Shown here: positions 47,567-57,407 of the stretch, piece by piece
Position numbering within the stretch: the first letter of the stretch is position 1
How the letters are laid out: every line of letters starts with the position of its first letter
Source: Candidatus Nomurabacteria bacterium
GTDB taxonomy: Bacteria > Patescibacteriota > Dojkabacteria > SC72 > JAHDCA01
NCBI GenBank assembly: GCA_020632395.1
Contig: JACKFQ010000002.1
Location: 7,299 to 71,298 of the forward strand
Length of the DNA: 64,000 nucleotides
Direction of reading: 5' to 3'
The notes under the pieces: generated by a model
Databases searched by the model: none
What the model saw: the letters and a program-made list of their open reading frames with translations, nothing else
What the model was told of the DNA's origin: nothing
Made by a program: the position numbers and the translations under genes

Positions 47567-49540
47567 CTATTCCTCGTAAAATATATCTATCTTGTGTAAC
47601 TCTGGAGTGTAATCGGGATTTTCTGTACTTAAATATGCGATAAATTGTATATATCTATTACCATCATGTAATGTCGGGATCTCTGCATATGAGGGATCCG
47701 TATAGTATGTACCTGCAGTACCATCTGGACCGACCCAGGTTGCTTCTGCAACTGCAGCTTCGCTACTAGCAGAACGTATCTGTAATTGTATATCTGTCCC
47801 CTCCGGTAAAACTTCGATCCAATTAAAGTACAGATAGTCTGGCGAAAGAGCTACCGAATCATATATGAGAGATTCGTAAGTACCATTTGCACGATACCCA
47901 AATCCTAATCCTCCTAATTCCCCTTCATCACCTCGAACTATTTGAAATTCTTTACTATTGTCAGAAGTTAATGCATATGTATAATAATTAGTCTTATCCC
48001 AAACTGGATCGTATATCGTAGTGGCATCTATGTCACTAATTGGGTCTTCGACATATAGCCCACCACAATCAACTATATTTTGCTCGTCATTGTACTGGAA
48101 CACACGGTAGTTATCTTGTCCACCAAGTGATGAACCGGCAATGATCATAATCATATCTTCTTCCACTATCGCAGCGCTTGTTGTAGACATGGTATCCAGG
48201 TTTAAAGAATTGATTATCGGAGCCTTGTTTAATCGGTTTGTCAGATTCACTAAAAACAATTCATCTTCACTTCCATTGTGCGTTGTCAGCAGGAATAGTC
48301 GTGTCTGATCCTCCGTAACATATAGATCAGTTGTATTCATACTGTTTACTGATAGCCTACCAGTCTGTATAACATCGTTTGGATCTGATATATTCACTTC
48401 GTAAACCTCATATGTATCAGACTGCATACCAACATATACAAAATCCCCAATAGCAACTAATGTGGTAATAGATGAAGAGCTACCACCTAGTGTTATGGTA
48501 TCCAGTACACTCCTTGATCCTATCGGAGAAGAGGCATCAAAAACAACCAGCACCCTACCTTGACCGAGTAATCCAACATTTCCGATCTTGTAGATCGCCA
48601 TACCATCGGTTGAACCAGGGGCATCTACATAACCAACTACCGAATACGGTGTATCAGAATGATCCAAGATCCGTACTTCCTGTGAGTTTGTATCGGAAGC
48701 CATATATGTATAATCTCCATCATTAAAGAGCATGTTAACTTTACCGTTATCCCATGACCCCAAAACATTTATTACTGGCTCAGTTTCGGTGGTATCGATA
48801 TCTACTTTTGTAAATGCCGTACCTGATGCATTCGCACCTGTTCCTAAAAATGCCTTATCACCATACGCAATAACAGTACTAGCAATACCATTTCCTGGGA
48901 TGTCATGATATGTAGCAGATAGTGCAGGATTGCACCAGTTTGGCAGTAGATCTACTACCAATTCGAGCTTGACCTCTCCATCATTATCAAGTGTAGATTC
49001 TGTTTGCCAGTATGTTCCCACATCAAATTGTTCTTGTGTGTTATTCCTCCATCTTTGGATATCCCATTTGTTTACATATGTGCTTATAGAAGAACTCTTG
49101 GCATCACCCCATAGATCAGTCCATTCAACTGTTGCAGTAACCTTGATCGTAAACGGATCAAGTACTCCTCCTGTAGTTACGATATTACCTGTATCATCTC
49201 GATAGACAGGATTAGCAGAAAAGTAGCGGGTTACCCCATCTACCACCTGTGTTCCATCAGTGATACTAAAGACTGCCCCACTCCTAGTGAAGTACTTATC
49301 TGTGCCATCTGCTTCAGCTGAAAACTCCGACCAAGACAGATTTTTAAAATCCACAACCGCACTTAATAGTTGGGTCATCTGGTTGTTAGCACTAACCAAT
49401 CTCTGTTCATTTTTTGCGTACATTACAGCATCTATCGAAAATATCGAAACGGATCCTATTATGAACACAAATATAGTTAAAGCCAGCAGGATCTCAAGGA
49501 GACTAAATGCGGGGTATTTCTTCATGTTTAGATCATTCAT
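47567..49540 (-). CDS. Large type IV pilin-like protein (657 aa), possible tip or adhesin pilin
   Basis: Prepilin-type N-terminus PAFSLLEILLALTIFVF followed by a large extracellular domain. Confidence 0.5.
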   Translation of the reverse strand: MNDLNMKKYPAFSLLEILLALTIFVFIIGSVSIFSIDAVMYAKNEQRLVSANNQMTQLLSAVVDFKNLSWSEFSAEADGTDKYFTRSGAVFSITDGTQVVDGVTRYFSANPVYRDDTGNIVTTGGVLDPFTIKVTATVEWTDLWGDAKSSSISTYVNKWDIQRWRNNTQEQFDVGTYWQTESTLDNDGEVKLELVVDLLPNWCNPALSATYHDIPGNGIASTVIAYGDKAFLGTGANASGTAFTKVDIDTTETEPVINVLGSWDNGKVNMLFNDGDYTYMASDTNSQEVRILDHSDTPYSVVGYVDAPGSTDGMAIYKIGNVGLLGQGRVLVVFDASSPIGSRSVLDTITLGGSSSSITTLVAIGDFVYVGMQSDTYEVYEVNISDPNDVIQTGRLSVNSMNTTDLYVTEDQTRLFLLTTHNGSEDELFLVNLTNRLNKAPIINSLNLDTMSTTSAAIVEEDMIMIIAGSSLGGQDNYRVFQYNDEQNIVDCGGLYVEDPISDIDATTIYDPVWDKTNYYTYALTSDNSKEFQIVRGDEGELGGLGFGYRANGTYESLIYDSVALSPDYLYFNWIEVLPEGTDIQLQIRSASSEAAVAEATWVGPDGTAGTYYTDPSYAEIPTLHDGNRYIQFIAYLSTENPDYTPELHKIDIFYEE

Positions 49541-50006
49541 AATAAACTAAACCTTCTTGATTAATTACTACGGTGTATGTATGCGACCCATCAGATAGAG
49601 AGATAGTACCATATGCATTTGGTTTCATACTTCCTCTGTCAAAAACTAACTCGTTTGTTGGTGTCAATGTTGCAATATCAGTTAGATCGATATCTGTAAA
49701 TGTTACGGTATTCTTAAGTTCAAATGTATCCCAATATGTTGCAGTTGCATACGAGGCACCAATAAACACATCATAATCAGAAGAATTGAATCTGATACCG
49801 TGTGCAGATCCGTCTTTTTGAGTAAACGAATCCTGTTGAGTTGAAAAGATCAAGGAGGTCACATCTGAAGCTGGTTGACTGACCCTCGTCGAACTAAGTC
49901 CTGAAAGAGATAGTGGGACCATAAAATACGCTGCTATGGCAAACATCCCAAGCACGACCACCACTTCAACATATGTAAATGCACCATGTCTATTAAACGC
50001 CTTCAT
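49533..50006 (-). CDS. Type IV pilin-like protein (minor pilin)
   Basis: HGAFTYVEVVVVLGMFAIAA prepilin N-terminus. Confidence 0.55.
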   Translation of the reverse strand: MKAFNRHGAFTYVEVVVVLGMFAIAAYFMVPLSLSGLSSTRVSQPASDVTSLIFSTQQDSFTQKDGSAHGIRFNSSDYDVFIGASYATATYWDTFELKNTVTFTDIDLTDIATLTPTNELVFDRGSMKPNAYGTISLSDGSHTYTVVINQEGLVYYE

Positions 50007-51162
50007 TAATACTGCCAGTTAACTGATAAATTGGTAATATGATCAATATAGCCAACAAACCTATCATCGCACCAATAAATACGAGGAGTAGTGGTTCAAG
50101 TAATGTTGCAAGATTACCACTCATATCTCCTACCTGTTCTGCATTGAATTCGTATAGATACATTAGATTCTCCTCTAATGAGCCTGTTTCCTCCCCTACC
50201 TCGATCATTTTGACATATGTCGCAGGAAAAAAGTCAGGATATTTGCCTAAAGACTCAGATAAACTTGCACCACCCTCTACTCTTTCATGGATATCTGCCA
50301 ATATCACCTCATATGCTCGATTTGAAGATACTTCCTTTGCAATACCTAGTGAGGCAACGATCGGAATACCACTTTCGAGCAAGATACCCAAGGTTCGGGA
50401 AAAGTTTGTCAAAATATGATACTTGTTCAAATTTTTGATGATCGGGATCTTTAATTGAAGATTATCCTTGAATTCCAAACCTTTTTTAGTCTTGAGCAAG
50501 ACTTTGGAAACTAATGTCAGCACAACAACAACTATAACACCCATCAAAACATTCTCTCGTACAAACCTCGAAACATTCATCATCAGTGCGGTTGTAGGAG
50601 GGAGATTATCACCAAATGACGAGAAAAGATCTTCTAGCTTCGGAAGTATGAAGAACATCACACCTAACATTTCTCCTACTGTGATAACCAATACAATGAC
50701 AGGATACATCAATGCACCCTTTACTTTGGAGTTCAATTCATGATTTTGTTTCAAGAAATCCGCAAGAAAGAGTAGATTTCTTTCAAGCGTACCACCCTGC
50801 TCACCAACATCAATGATCGATACCATGATCTTGTCAAAATCTTTAGGAAACTTTTTCAGAGCATTTGCCATAGATGTACCTTCGTGTACCTCTTTGTGTA
50901 CTTCCGTGAAAATCTCCTGCAATTTTTCACTCGGTGCCTGCTCGGCCATAACTAGGAGGGCTTCAGAAAGAGACATTCCGGATTTCAACATGATCGCTAG
51001 ATGTCGTGCTGTCAGTGAGATATCCATCGGATTGACTTTTTTCGGAAGAGAGACTGACTTGTTCAGGACTCCTTTCTTTTTCTTGTCTTTTGGATCCTCT
51101 TTTACGATATCCTCAACTTTTGATGTGAGACTTGTATTTTCTTTGATCGCTTGTATCGCCAT
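49993..51162 (-). CDS. pilC: Type IV pilus / T2SS platform protein PilC (GspF family)
   Basis: Two T2SSF repeats, three TM segments, LTNFSRTLGILLESGIPIVASL-type motif. Confidence 0.8.
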   Translation of the reverse strand: MAIQAIKENTSLTSKVEDIVKEDPKDKKKKGVLNKSVSLPKKVNPMDISLTARHLAIMLKSGMSLSEALLVMAEQAPSEKLQEIFTEVHKEVHEGTSMANALKKFPKDFDKIMVSIIDVGEQGGTLERNLLFLADFLKQNHELNSKVKGALMYPVIVLVITVGEMLGVMFFILPKLEDLFSSFGDNLPPTTALMMNVSRFVRENVLMGVIVVVVLTLVSKVLLKTKKGLEFKDNLQLKIPIIKNLNKYHILTNFSRTLGILLESGIPIVASLGIAKEVSSNRAYEVILADIHERVEGGASLSESLGKYPDFFPATYVKMIEVGEETGSLEENLMYLYEFNAEQVGDMSGNLATLLEPLLLVFIGAMIGLLAILIILPIYQLTGSINEGV

Positions 51163-51164
51163 TT

Positions 51165-52679
51165 TTATTCCTCTCTGATCGCTGTAACGCGAAGTAGTTC
51201 ATCAATTGAAGTAATTCCTCTCTGAATCTTTTTGATACCATCTTCCACAATTAGGCTCAATCCACCTTTACGAGCCACATCGAACAACTCATCCGTAGTC
51301 GCTGCTTCAGAAATCTTCTGTCGCAGAGCCTTATCGATCTCCAAAACCTCGTACAGTCCGATCCTTCCTTTATAGCCTGTACCGCTACACTTATCGCAAC
51401 CCACCGGGATATAGATCGATTCTCCCGCCTTTAATAGTCTCGCAATATCCGGTCTCATCTTACCGATCTCGGCTTTGTTTTCCTTTGTGAATACCTCTTT
51501 CTTTGTACAATGAGGACAGAGTCGTCGTGCAAGACGTTGGGCTACAACGACATTTAACGTCGAAGCTACAAGAAATTCCTCAATACCCATATCTATCAGA
51601 CGAGGGATTGTCGTAATACTATCGTTGGTATGTATAGTAGAAAGTACTAGATGTCCTGTAAGAGCAGCATTGATCGCGATACGAGCTGTTTCGATATCTC
51701 GGATCTCTCCGATCATGATCACATCCGGATCCTGCCTCAGTATCGATCGCAATCCTGTTGAGAATGTGAGATTTGCTTTCTTATTTACCTGCACATGATT
51801 TACACCATCAAGATCATACTCGACAGGATCTTCGACTGTAGTAATATTGATCTCAGGGGTACTAATGATCTTTAGTATCGAGTACAAAGTAGTAGTCTTT
51901 CCCGAACCGGTAGGTCCAGCTGCTACGATCATTCCGTACGGTTTAGTATAGCTCCTCTCGATCCTAGGAAGTGTAAATTCATCGAAACCAAGATCTTCTA
52001 ATGCAAAAGATTGTCCATCAGAAGTGAGCAAACGCATCACTATCTTCTCACCCTTAGTTGTAGGCAAGATCGAAACACGAGTATCTACCTTACCATCGTC
52101 GCCAAAGATAAATCGGATCTTTCCATCCTGAGGTGCAAAATGCTCATCAGTTCTCAATCTTGCGGAAACTTTGATCTTGAAAACAAGTGCTTGCTCATAT
52201 TTTTTCTCAACTCGCATAAAATCTCTCAAGATACCATCTATACGGAATCGAACTAGAAGATCATTAGCTCTAGGTTCCATATGCACATCAGAGGCTTTTT
52301 CTTGCATTGCTTTGAGAATTATCTTCTCAAGCAGTTCTCCGATGTTTATATCCTCATTTTCTTCTGCAACGATCGAGTCTACGATCTGATCATATGCTTG
52401 ATTTCCGAAGTTTTCTCGCTCCCTGAGTAAACTGATCCTTTCTTCTGCTTTTTTCTGCGACAAGGATTTTTCAGCCTGTATCTCTTTACCCAAAGTCTTT
52501 CGTGTCTTTGGTGATTTCTCAGTAGGGGGACGGATCACCACATTTCCTCCTTCAGGTTCAGGCTTAGTACCTTGCACCGATGCTGTTTTTGAAATCGTAT
52601 CATCGGCTACAGGTACGACAGTAGCTGGATCTTTTTGGTCAGATGTCTTTTTTGTGGTGGCCGGTTTAACTTCAGCCAT
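51165..52679 (-). CDS. pilB: Type IV pilus assembly ATPase PilB (GspE family)
   Basis: Walker A GPTGSGKTTTLYS; Asp/His boxes; tetracysteine CPHC...CDKCSGTGYKGR; N-terminal extension domain. 504 aa, larger than PilT. Confidence 0.85.
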   Translation of the reverse strand: MAEVKPATTKKTSDQKDPATVVPVADDTISKTASVQGTKPEPEGGNVVIRPPTEKSPKTRKTLGKEIQAEKSLSQKKAEERISLLRERENFGNQAYDQIVDSIVAEENEDINIGELLEKIILKAMQEKASDVHMEPRANDLLVRFRIDGILRDFMRVEKKYEQALVFKIKVSARLRTDEHFAPQDGKIRFIFGDDGKVDTRVSILPTTKGEKIVMRLLTSDGQSFALEDLGFDEFTLPRIERSYTKPYGMIVAAGPTGSGKTTTLYSILKIISTPEINITTVEDPVEYDLDGVNHVQVNKKANLTFSTGLRSILRQDPDVIMIGEIRDIETARIAINAALTGHLVLSTIHTNDSITTIPRLIDMGIEEFLVASTLNVVVAQRLARRLCPHCTKKEVFTKENKAEIGKMRPDIARLLKAGESIYIPVGCDKCSGTGYKGRIGLYEVLEIDKALRQKISEAATTDELFDVARKGGLSLIVEDGIKKIQRGITSIDELLRVTAIREE

Positions 52680-52780
52680 ATAGAATCCGGGCAGATTTTA
52701 GTATTCTACAGTTTAGCTATTTCTCGAGAAAATATCAAAGCCGATAGCAAATGTAGATATATTGTTGCTTCAAAGAAAAA

Positions 52781-52806
52781 GGCGCCTGTTTAGGCGCCTG
52801 TTTACA
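52781..52806 (-). terminator. Rho-independent terminator of pilin copy 1 (AGGCGCC-TAAAC-GGCGCCT followed by a T-run on the minus strand)
   Basis: 7-bp GC stem, 5-nt loop, then TTTTTCTTTG on the transcribed strand. The identical element is repeated at 53528..53553 after copy 2. Confidence 0.7.
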
Positions 52807-52826
52807 ATCAAATTGACAACGAGCTA

Positions 52827-53423
52827 TTACCTACTCACTGAGATGCTAGCTGCTCTCTCAGGATCTGCTGTGATCGTGACTCGTCCTGATGCAGTCACAC
52901 AGAAGGTGTATCCTGTATCAGTTAAAGTTGTCCATGTTGTACTCTGAGATGGATCCTCAGGAATGGTTACAATATACTCATCTACAAGCACATTCGTCTG
53001 CTCTAGGTCTACATACTCTAGGGCATCACTTACTCCTGAACCATCAAGGTCAGGAGTCGTAGCTGTTAGATAAGTATCTACTCCTTTTCCGATCTTCTTT
53101 ATACCATCAGCAAGGAGAGAACACAGCATACCTTCAGATCGATTACCATCGGTATCTACATCCAAACCCGTTTCATCTATGTCAGGACTTCCTATTGCGG
53201 CTAACAAGGTCTCGATTGTCTGACCTTCCTCTGAAGTATACTGTGTAACAGCGTTCAAAATAGCTGTAACGTCTGCTGATCTCTGAGCATCTCGCGTCTG
53301 CTCGAAGTTCTTCGCAGGGTTGATAGCAACGATCGTGACGGCTGCCAGGATCGCGATCAAACCTACGACTACGAGGATCTCGATCAGGGTGAAGCCCTCG
53401 TATGTTTTCTGAATTTTTGCCAT
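52827..53423 (-). CDS. Type IV major pilin, copy 1
   Basis: MAKIQKTYEG|FTLIEILVVVGLIAILAAV class III signal. The ORF-track N-terminal extension to 53558 is rejected. An intrinsic terminator lies 25 nt after the stop. Confidence 0.7.
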   Translation of the reverse strand: MAKIQKTYEGFTLIEILVVVGLIAILAAVTIVAINPAKNFEQTRDAQRSADVTAILNAVTQYTSEEGQTIETLLAAIGSPDIDETGLDVDTDGNRSEGMLCSLLADGIKKIGKGVDTYLTATTPDLDGSGVSDALEYVDLEQTNVLVDEYIVTIPEDPSQSTTWTTLTDTGYTFCVTASGRVTITADPERAASISVSR

Positions 53424-53527
53424 TGGGCAGTGATAAAAAAATAATATACCTACTGGTATATATGTTATTAGCAGAAGTGGATAAATGTCAAGTCTAAATA
53501 TTTCTATCATTCCTCTCGTAAAAAAAA

Positions 53528-53553
53528 GGCGCCTGTTTAGGCGCCTGTTTACA
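53528..53553 (-). terminator. Rho-independent terminator of pilin copy 2 (identical to the one at 52781..52806)
   Basis: Same hairpin plus T-run, inside the 747-bp duplicated unit. Confidence 0.7.
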
Positions 53554-53573
53554 ATCAAATTGACAACGAGCTA

Positions 53574-54179
53574 TTACCTACTCACTGAGATGCTAGCTGC
53601 TCTCTCAGGATCTGCTGTGATCGTGACTCGTCCTGATGCAGTCACACAGAAGGTGTATCCTGTATCAGTTAAAGTTGTCCATGTTGTACTCTGAGATGGA
53701 TCCTCAGGAATGGTTACAATATACTCATCTACAAGCACATTCGTCTGCTCTAGGTCTACATACTCTAGGGCATCACTTACTCCTGAACCATCAAGGTCAG
53801 GAGTCGTAGCTGTTAGATAAGTATCTACTCCTTTTCCGATCTTCTTTATACCATCAGCAAGGAGAGAACACAGCATACCTTCAGATCGATTACCATCGGT
53901 ATCTACATCCAAACCCGTTTCATCTATGTCAGGACTTCCTATTGCGGCTAACAAGGTCTCGATTGTCTGACCTTCCTCTGAAGTATACTGTGTAACAGCG
54001 TTCAAAATAGCTGTAACGTCTGCTGATCTCTGAGCATCTCGCGTCTGCTCGAAGTTCTTCGCAGGGTTGATAGCAACGATCGTGACGGCTGCCAGGATCG
54101 CGATCAAACCTACGACTACGAGGATCTCGATCAGGGTGAAGCCCTCGTATGTTTTCTTCCAATCACGAAATTGTGTCAT
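53574..54179 (-). CDS. Type IV major pilin, copy 2 (mature part identical to copy 1)
   Basis: MTQFRDWKKTYEG|FTLIEIL...; everything from KTYEG to the stop is identical to copy 1, and it has its own terminator. Confidence 0.7.
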   Translation of the reverse strand: MTQFRDWKKTYEGFTLIEILVVVGLIAILAAVTIVAINPAKNFEQTRDAQRSADVTAILNAVTQYTSEEGQTIETLLAAIGSPDIDETGLDVDTDGNRSEGMLCSLLADGIKKIGKGVDTYLTATTPDLDGSGVSDALEYVDLEQTNVLVDEYIVTIPEDPSQSTTWTTLTDTGYTFCVTASGRVTITADPERAASISVSR

Positions 54180-54283
54180 TGGATTTGTCTGATAAATTTA
54201 TCCACACTATGTGTATATATCCATATTATTGATAGACGCTGTAGTAGTCAAGCGATATATGCAAGGATCCCTGATCGACCTGC

Positions 54284-57151
54284 TTAAACCAACTCCCATC
54301 TGATCGTGAAAAGGTTGCGGGAACTACTTTTTAACTCCATTGAGGATGAAAGCCTACCTAACATATCATCTTTCTCCAATGTCGAATAATTCCTGATCTT
54401 TCTTATGTATCGCATCTTCTTTCTGCGTAAAACACCAACTTCTAGCAACTGCATTTCCAACTTTTCTTTTCTGCGTTCCCTAGTGGAATTCATCCATCTC
54501 CTGTGTAGTTTTCGCTTCTCAGTCATGATCAGACGGAGATCTCTCCTGTGAACCAAGACCCTATCATTAAGCCATATCTCCAGTTTCCTTGAAAGTTCTT
54601 CCATGTAGATAGTGTCGCGTTCTTGAAGTTTTTTTATCAATTGCTCTTTGTTATGTAAAAAAACCTTCCTCAAGTCGATCCTACCCCGAAAACCTCCCAG
54701 ATCTTTTGCACTCAGGTGCATCAGATCGTGACACTGTTTCTGTGATAGGATCTGTCCGTCATCAGTAATTGCGTTAAATATCAGATAGTCTTCAATCTGC
54801 ATACCTCTAACTGTGACAAGTTTCAATTCAAGAAAACCTCTGCTCTTTTTTAACTTTTTAAGAGAATCAAACCGGGGTTTTACTGAGGCGTATCTGAATT
54901 TTAGATGATGCACTGGTAGTTTTCCTCTATATGCTTTATCTAATATCTTTTTTCCTATTCCTTTATTTACATAAAATTTTCGCCTATCCCCTCGCAGTGT
55001 CTCATCAAATCCGTAGATCCCCAGATCTTCTTTTTTCATGACAAGCGGTTTACGTCGAAGATTTAAGTAACCGGCACCACGAGTCGTGACAGTTCCTTTA
55101 TCTCCAACAACAACTGCGGATATTATCGTCAAGCTTTTTTTCAATTCGGTGATACTCTCATCATACCTATCAAGTATCTTTTTGGTCAGTCGCTTCTCTG
55201 TTTGAGCTGACTTGATCACTAATCTATTGTAGTAATTGTTCATCGATCTCGATACTGCGTCTTTTATCTCTACAGATATCTTCCTAAAAGGCTGGTCCAT
55301 GAGATGTACTGTATGTGTTTGCATAAAGAACTTGAAAACTTCCATCGCATAATCGGTTCCGACACCAATTGATCCTATCGCTCTATCGGATCTTCCATGT
55401 TTACCTGAGAATATTTCAAAGTTCTCGGATTGGATCTGATAATTCCATTTTTCAAACTCATTCGCTTCATTGACAATATTGAGTACCAAGATGTCATTGT
55501 TATTGAACTGGCCACTTACCCTCGAGATCCTCCATTCAGTACGGTAAGGATCGATAGGAAGGTCGTAGTTCACCACTACATCACACTTTTTTAGTACCTG
55601 TTCGGACATTCCGGGATCAGTTGCGACTAGATATTCACCTTTGGATTGGAACTCATTTATGATCGCAGTTCTCCGGTCTATCAACTCATCACCAGTGAGA
55701 AGATAGTGATTTTCCTTGTTGTTGATGAATCGATGATATATCTCGAGGGATCTTTTGTCTTGATTTCGCTTATTGATGGTATATATATTGCTAAACCCGC
55801 GATCATGCAACATAAATGCAATGTATTTCTGTGCCTGTTTGGATTCCGTGTAGATAATATAATGCTTTCGTCCACTTTTTCGTTTTAAACTTCGCTCTGC
55901 TTTGTTCAAACCGTTTACCAATGCATTTATCCTCGAATCCTTTTTGATGCTCAAAGCATACTCTCGCATTATCAACAGATCGTTCTGTTCTTTATCAACA
56001 GCGCGTTTGATATTCTTCTTGCTAGTTGCGTCAAGCTTGCCCCCATCCTTCTTTCTGTACCATTCATCATCGATCCAGGAAAGTGTTTCAATATCATTTT
56101 TAAACTTACGGATGAGCGAAGTTGAAGGATCTTTTGCTTGACGAACTATCTTTAGAGCTGCATCTATGTACCCCAAGCCTCCCATCGCAATCTTTGGTGA
56201 TACTACAAGTTGTTTATACAATGCTAATGCCTGTAAGCTCTCTTTCTCACTAGGTAATCCAAACTTTGAAGTATTAATGAAATAATTATTTACTGCCGTT
56301 ATGAAATCTGATTCTAATGCTGATGGTTTATAACTCAACAAGATCTCCCTTCGAAATGCCTTCCCGATATAATCTTTTGCACGATGATGAGGAGTACGGA
56401 TCATTACCGGTCTCAACCTTTTGGATAACTCTCCATAGTCGATATCATCGGTGATACTGACGAACTGATAATTAAAACTTCGTTTATCACCGAAGGCGTA
56501 TTTATCCACAAGATTACCCAATCTAAAAAGACGCTTCATAGTGCTTTGGAATGGATTTGATGTGATGAGTAATTTTGGATACGGTTTGACAAAAAAAGAT
56601 ATACTATCACCGATAGCACTACGGATATCATATATATTCTTTAACCTATGAGCTTCATCGACCACAATGAATTCCCACTCTACCTTCTCCAGTAGATTCA
56701 TCCGTTCATAAGCAAATTTGTATGAGCAGATCACAATCGGATCAACATCTAACGGATTTGCATTATCCAACTTTTTTAGCTCAACCAATTTTCTTTCCGT
56801 TATAACCATACTCTCAAAGCCGAATAACCTCTGGAGGTTGACCTTCCACATAGTAATTTCTGTCACAGGAGCGATTATGAGAAATTTCTTCTCTCCATGA
56901 TTTTTAAGATTTGAGAGCACCAAACCTGTCTCAACACTTTTTCCCATTCCAATTTCATCAGCTAGTATCGCTCCCTTCGAAAGAGGAGAGTTGAGAACAA
57001 AGTCTGCAGCAGAGAGTTGGTGCGGATATATTTCGATATTTGAATCATATATTGCATTAGTTAGCCTGTTGAAATCATCCATCGGAAATCTCCGACGGAT
57101 CTTTGCAGCTAAATATTTGGCATGATATTCGGTGATCCCGTTCAGTTTCAT
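54284..57151 (-). CDS. rapA: RapA/HepA-like SNF2-family ATPase (RNA polymerase-associated) with a divergent, basic C-terminal third
   Basis: IYPHQL...AILADEIGMGKSVE (motif I), IVVDEAHRLKN (DEAH), LLITSNPFQS (motif III), helicase-C motifs ...VATDPGMSEQ...EWRISRVSGQ. The collinear match to the E. coli RapA core (LIPHQL...LLADEVGLGKT...LLVVDEAHHL) is from memory, not from a search. Confidence 0.55.
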   Translation of the reverse strand: MKLNGITEYHAKYLAAKIRRRFPMDDFNRLTNAIYDSNIEIYPHQLSAADFVLNSPLSKGAILADEIGMGKSVETGLVLSNLKNHGEKKFLIIAPVTEITMWKVNLQRLFGFESMVITERKLVELKKLDNANPLDVDPIVICSYKFAYERMNLLEKVEWEFIVVDEAHRLKNIYDIRSAIGDSISFFVKPYPKLLITSNPFQSTMKRLFRLGNLVDKYAFGDKRSFNYQFVSITDDIDYGELSKRLRPVMIRTPHHRAKDYIGKAFRREILLSYKPSALESDFITAVNNYFINTSKFGLPSEKESLQALALYKQLVVSPKIAMGGLGYIDAALKIVRQAKDPSTSLIRKFKNDIETLSWIDDEWYRKKDGGKLDATSKKNIKRAVDKEQNDLLIMREYALSIKKDSRINALVNGLNKAERSLKRKSGRKHYIIYTESKQAQKYIAFMLHDRGFSNIYTINKRNQDKRSLEIYHRFINNKENHYLLTGDELIDRRTAIINEFQSKGEYLVATDPGMSEQVLKKCDVVVNYDLPIDPYRTEWRISRVSGQFNNNDILVLNIVNEANEFEKWNYQIQSENFEIFSGKHGRSDRAIGSIGVGTDYAMEVFKFFMQTHTVHLMDQPFRKISVEIKDAVSRSMNNYYNRLVIKSAQTEKRLTKKILDRYDESITELKKSLTIISAVVVGDKGTVTTRGAGYLNLRRKPLVMKKEDLGIYGFDETLRGDRRKFYVNKGIGKKILDKAYRGKLPVHHLKFRYASVKPRFDSLKKLKKSRGFLELKLVTVRGMQIEDYLIFNAITDDGQILSQKQCHDLMHLSAKDLGGFRGRIDLRKVFLHNKEQLIKKLQERDTIYMEELSRKLEIWLNDRVLVHRRDLRLIMTEKRKLHRRWMNSTRERRKEKLEMQLLEVGVLRRKKMRYIRKIRNYSTLEKDDMLGRLSSSMELKSSSRNLFTIRWELV

Positions 57152-57407
57152 AAGTAATTCATTGTATCATTAAATAATATTAACCATGACCCAAATATTA
57201 CTTAGTGATTCTATTCATACGAATGCTTTGATACACTATCATAAGGGTGAAGAGCGCCTGTAATCAATTGACTGATATATGTTGTGAACAAGATACCAAA
57301 TGGTTATACTCACAAAACGTATTCTTTGAACTCTGATCAAGAAACAACCTAAACGATATCAGAATCATATGTTCTCATAATCTCTTACTCAAATCGTATT
57401 TATACAA

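Larger units (their letters stand above)
52776..54156. repeat. Tandem direct duplication, unit about 747 bp, with about 635 bp apparently 100% identical (pilin mature-coding region plus terminator)
   Basis: Line-by-line comparison of 52776..53409 with 53523..54156. The two copies diverge only at the 5' leader-peptide codons and the promoters. Confidence 0.85.

Noticed and set aside
52827-53558. 243-aa ORF-track version of pilin copy 1 with a 45-aa N-terminal extension
   Set aside because: The extension reads through the terminator hairpin of the upstream copy and carries no signal-peptide logic. The canonical leader MAKIQKTYEG|FTLIE begins at 53423.
54284-57151. SNF2 helicase as a possible anti-phage defence component (DISARM/BREX-like)
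   Set aside because: There are no partner genes (methyltransferase, PglZ, DUF1998, etc.) nearby. The N-terminal 560 aa align collinearly with the RapA/HepA core, so I rate it as a housekeeping RapA-like protein.
57152-57407. Possible regulatory or ncRNA element in the divergent intergenic region between rapA-like and the giant gene
   Set aside because: It is an AT-rich spacer with no inverted repeats or conserved-looking motifs beyond generic promoter-like A/T tracts.
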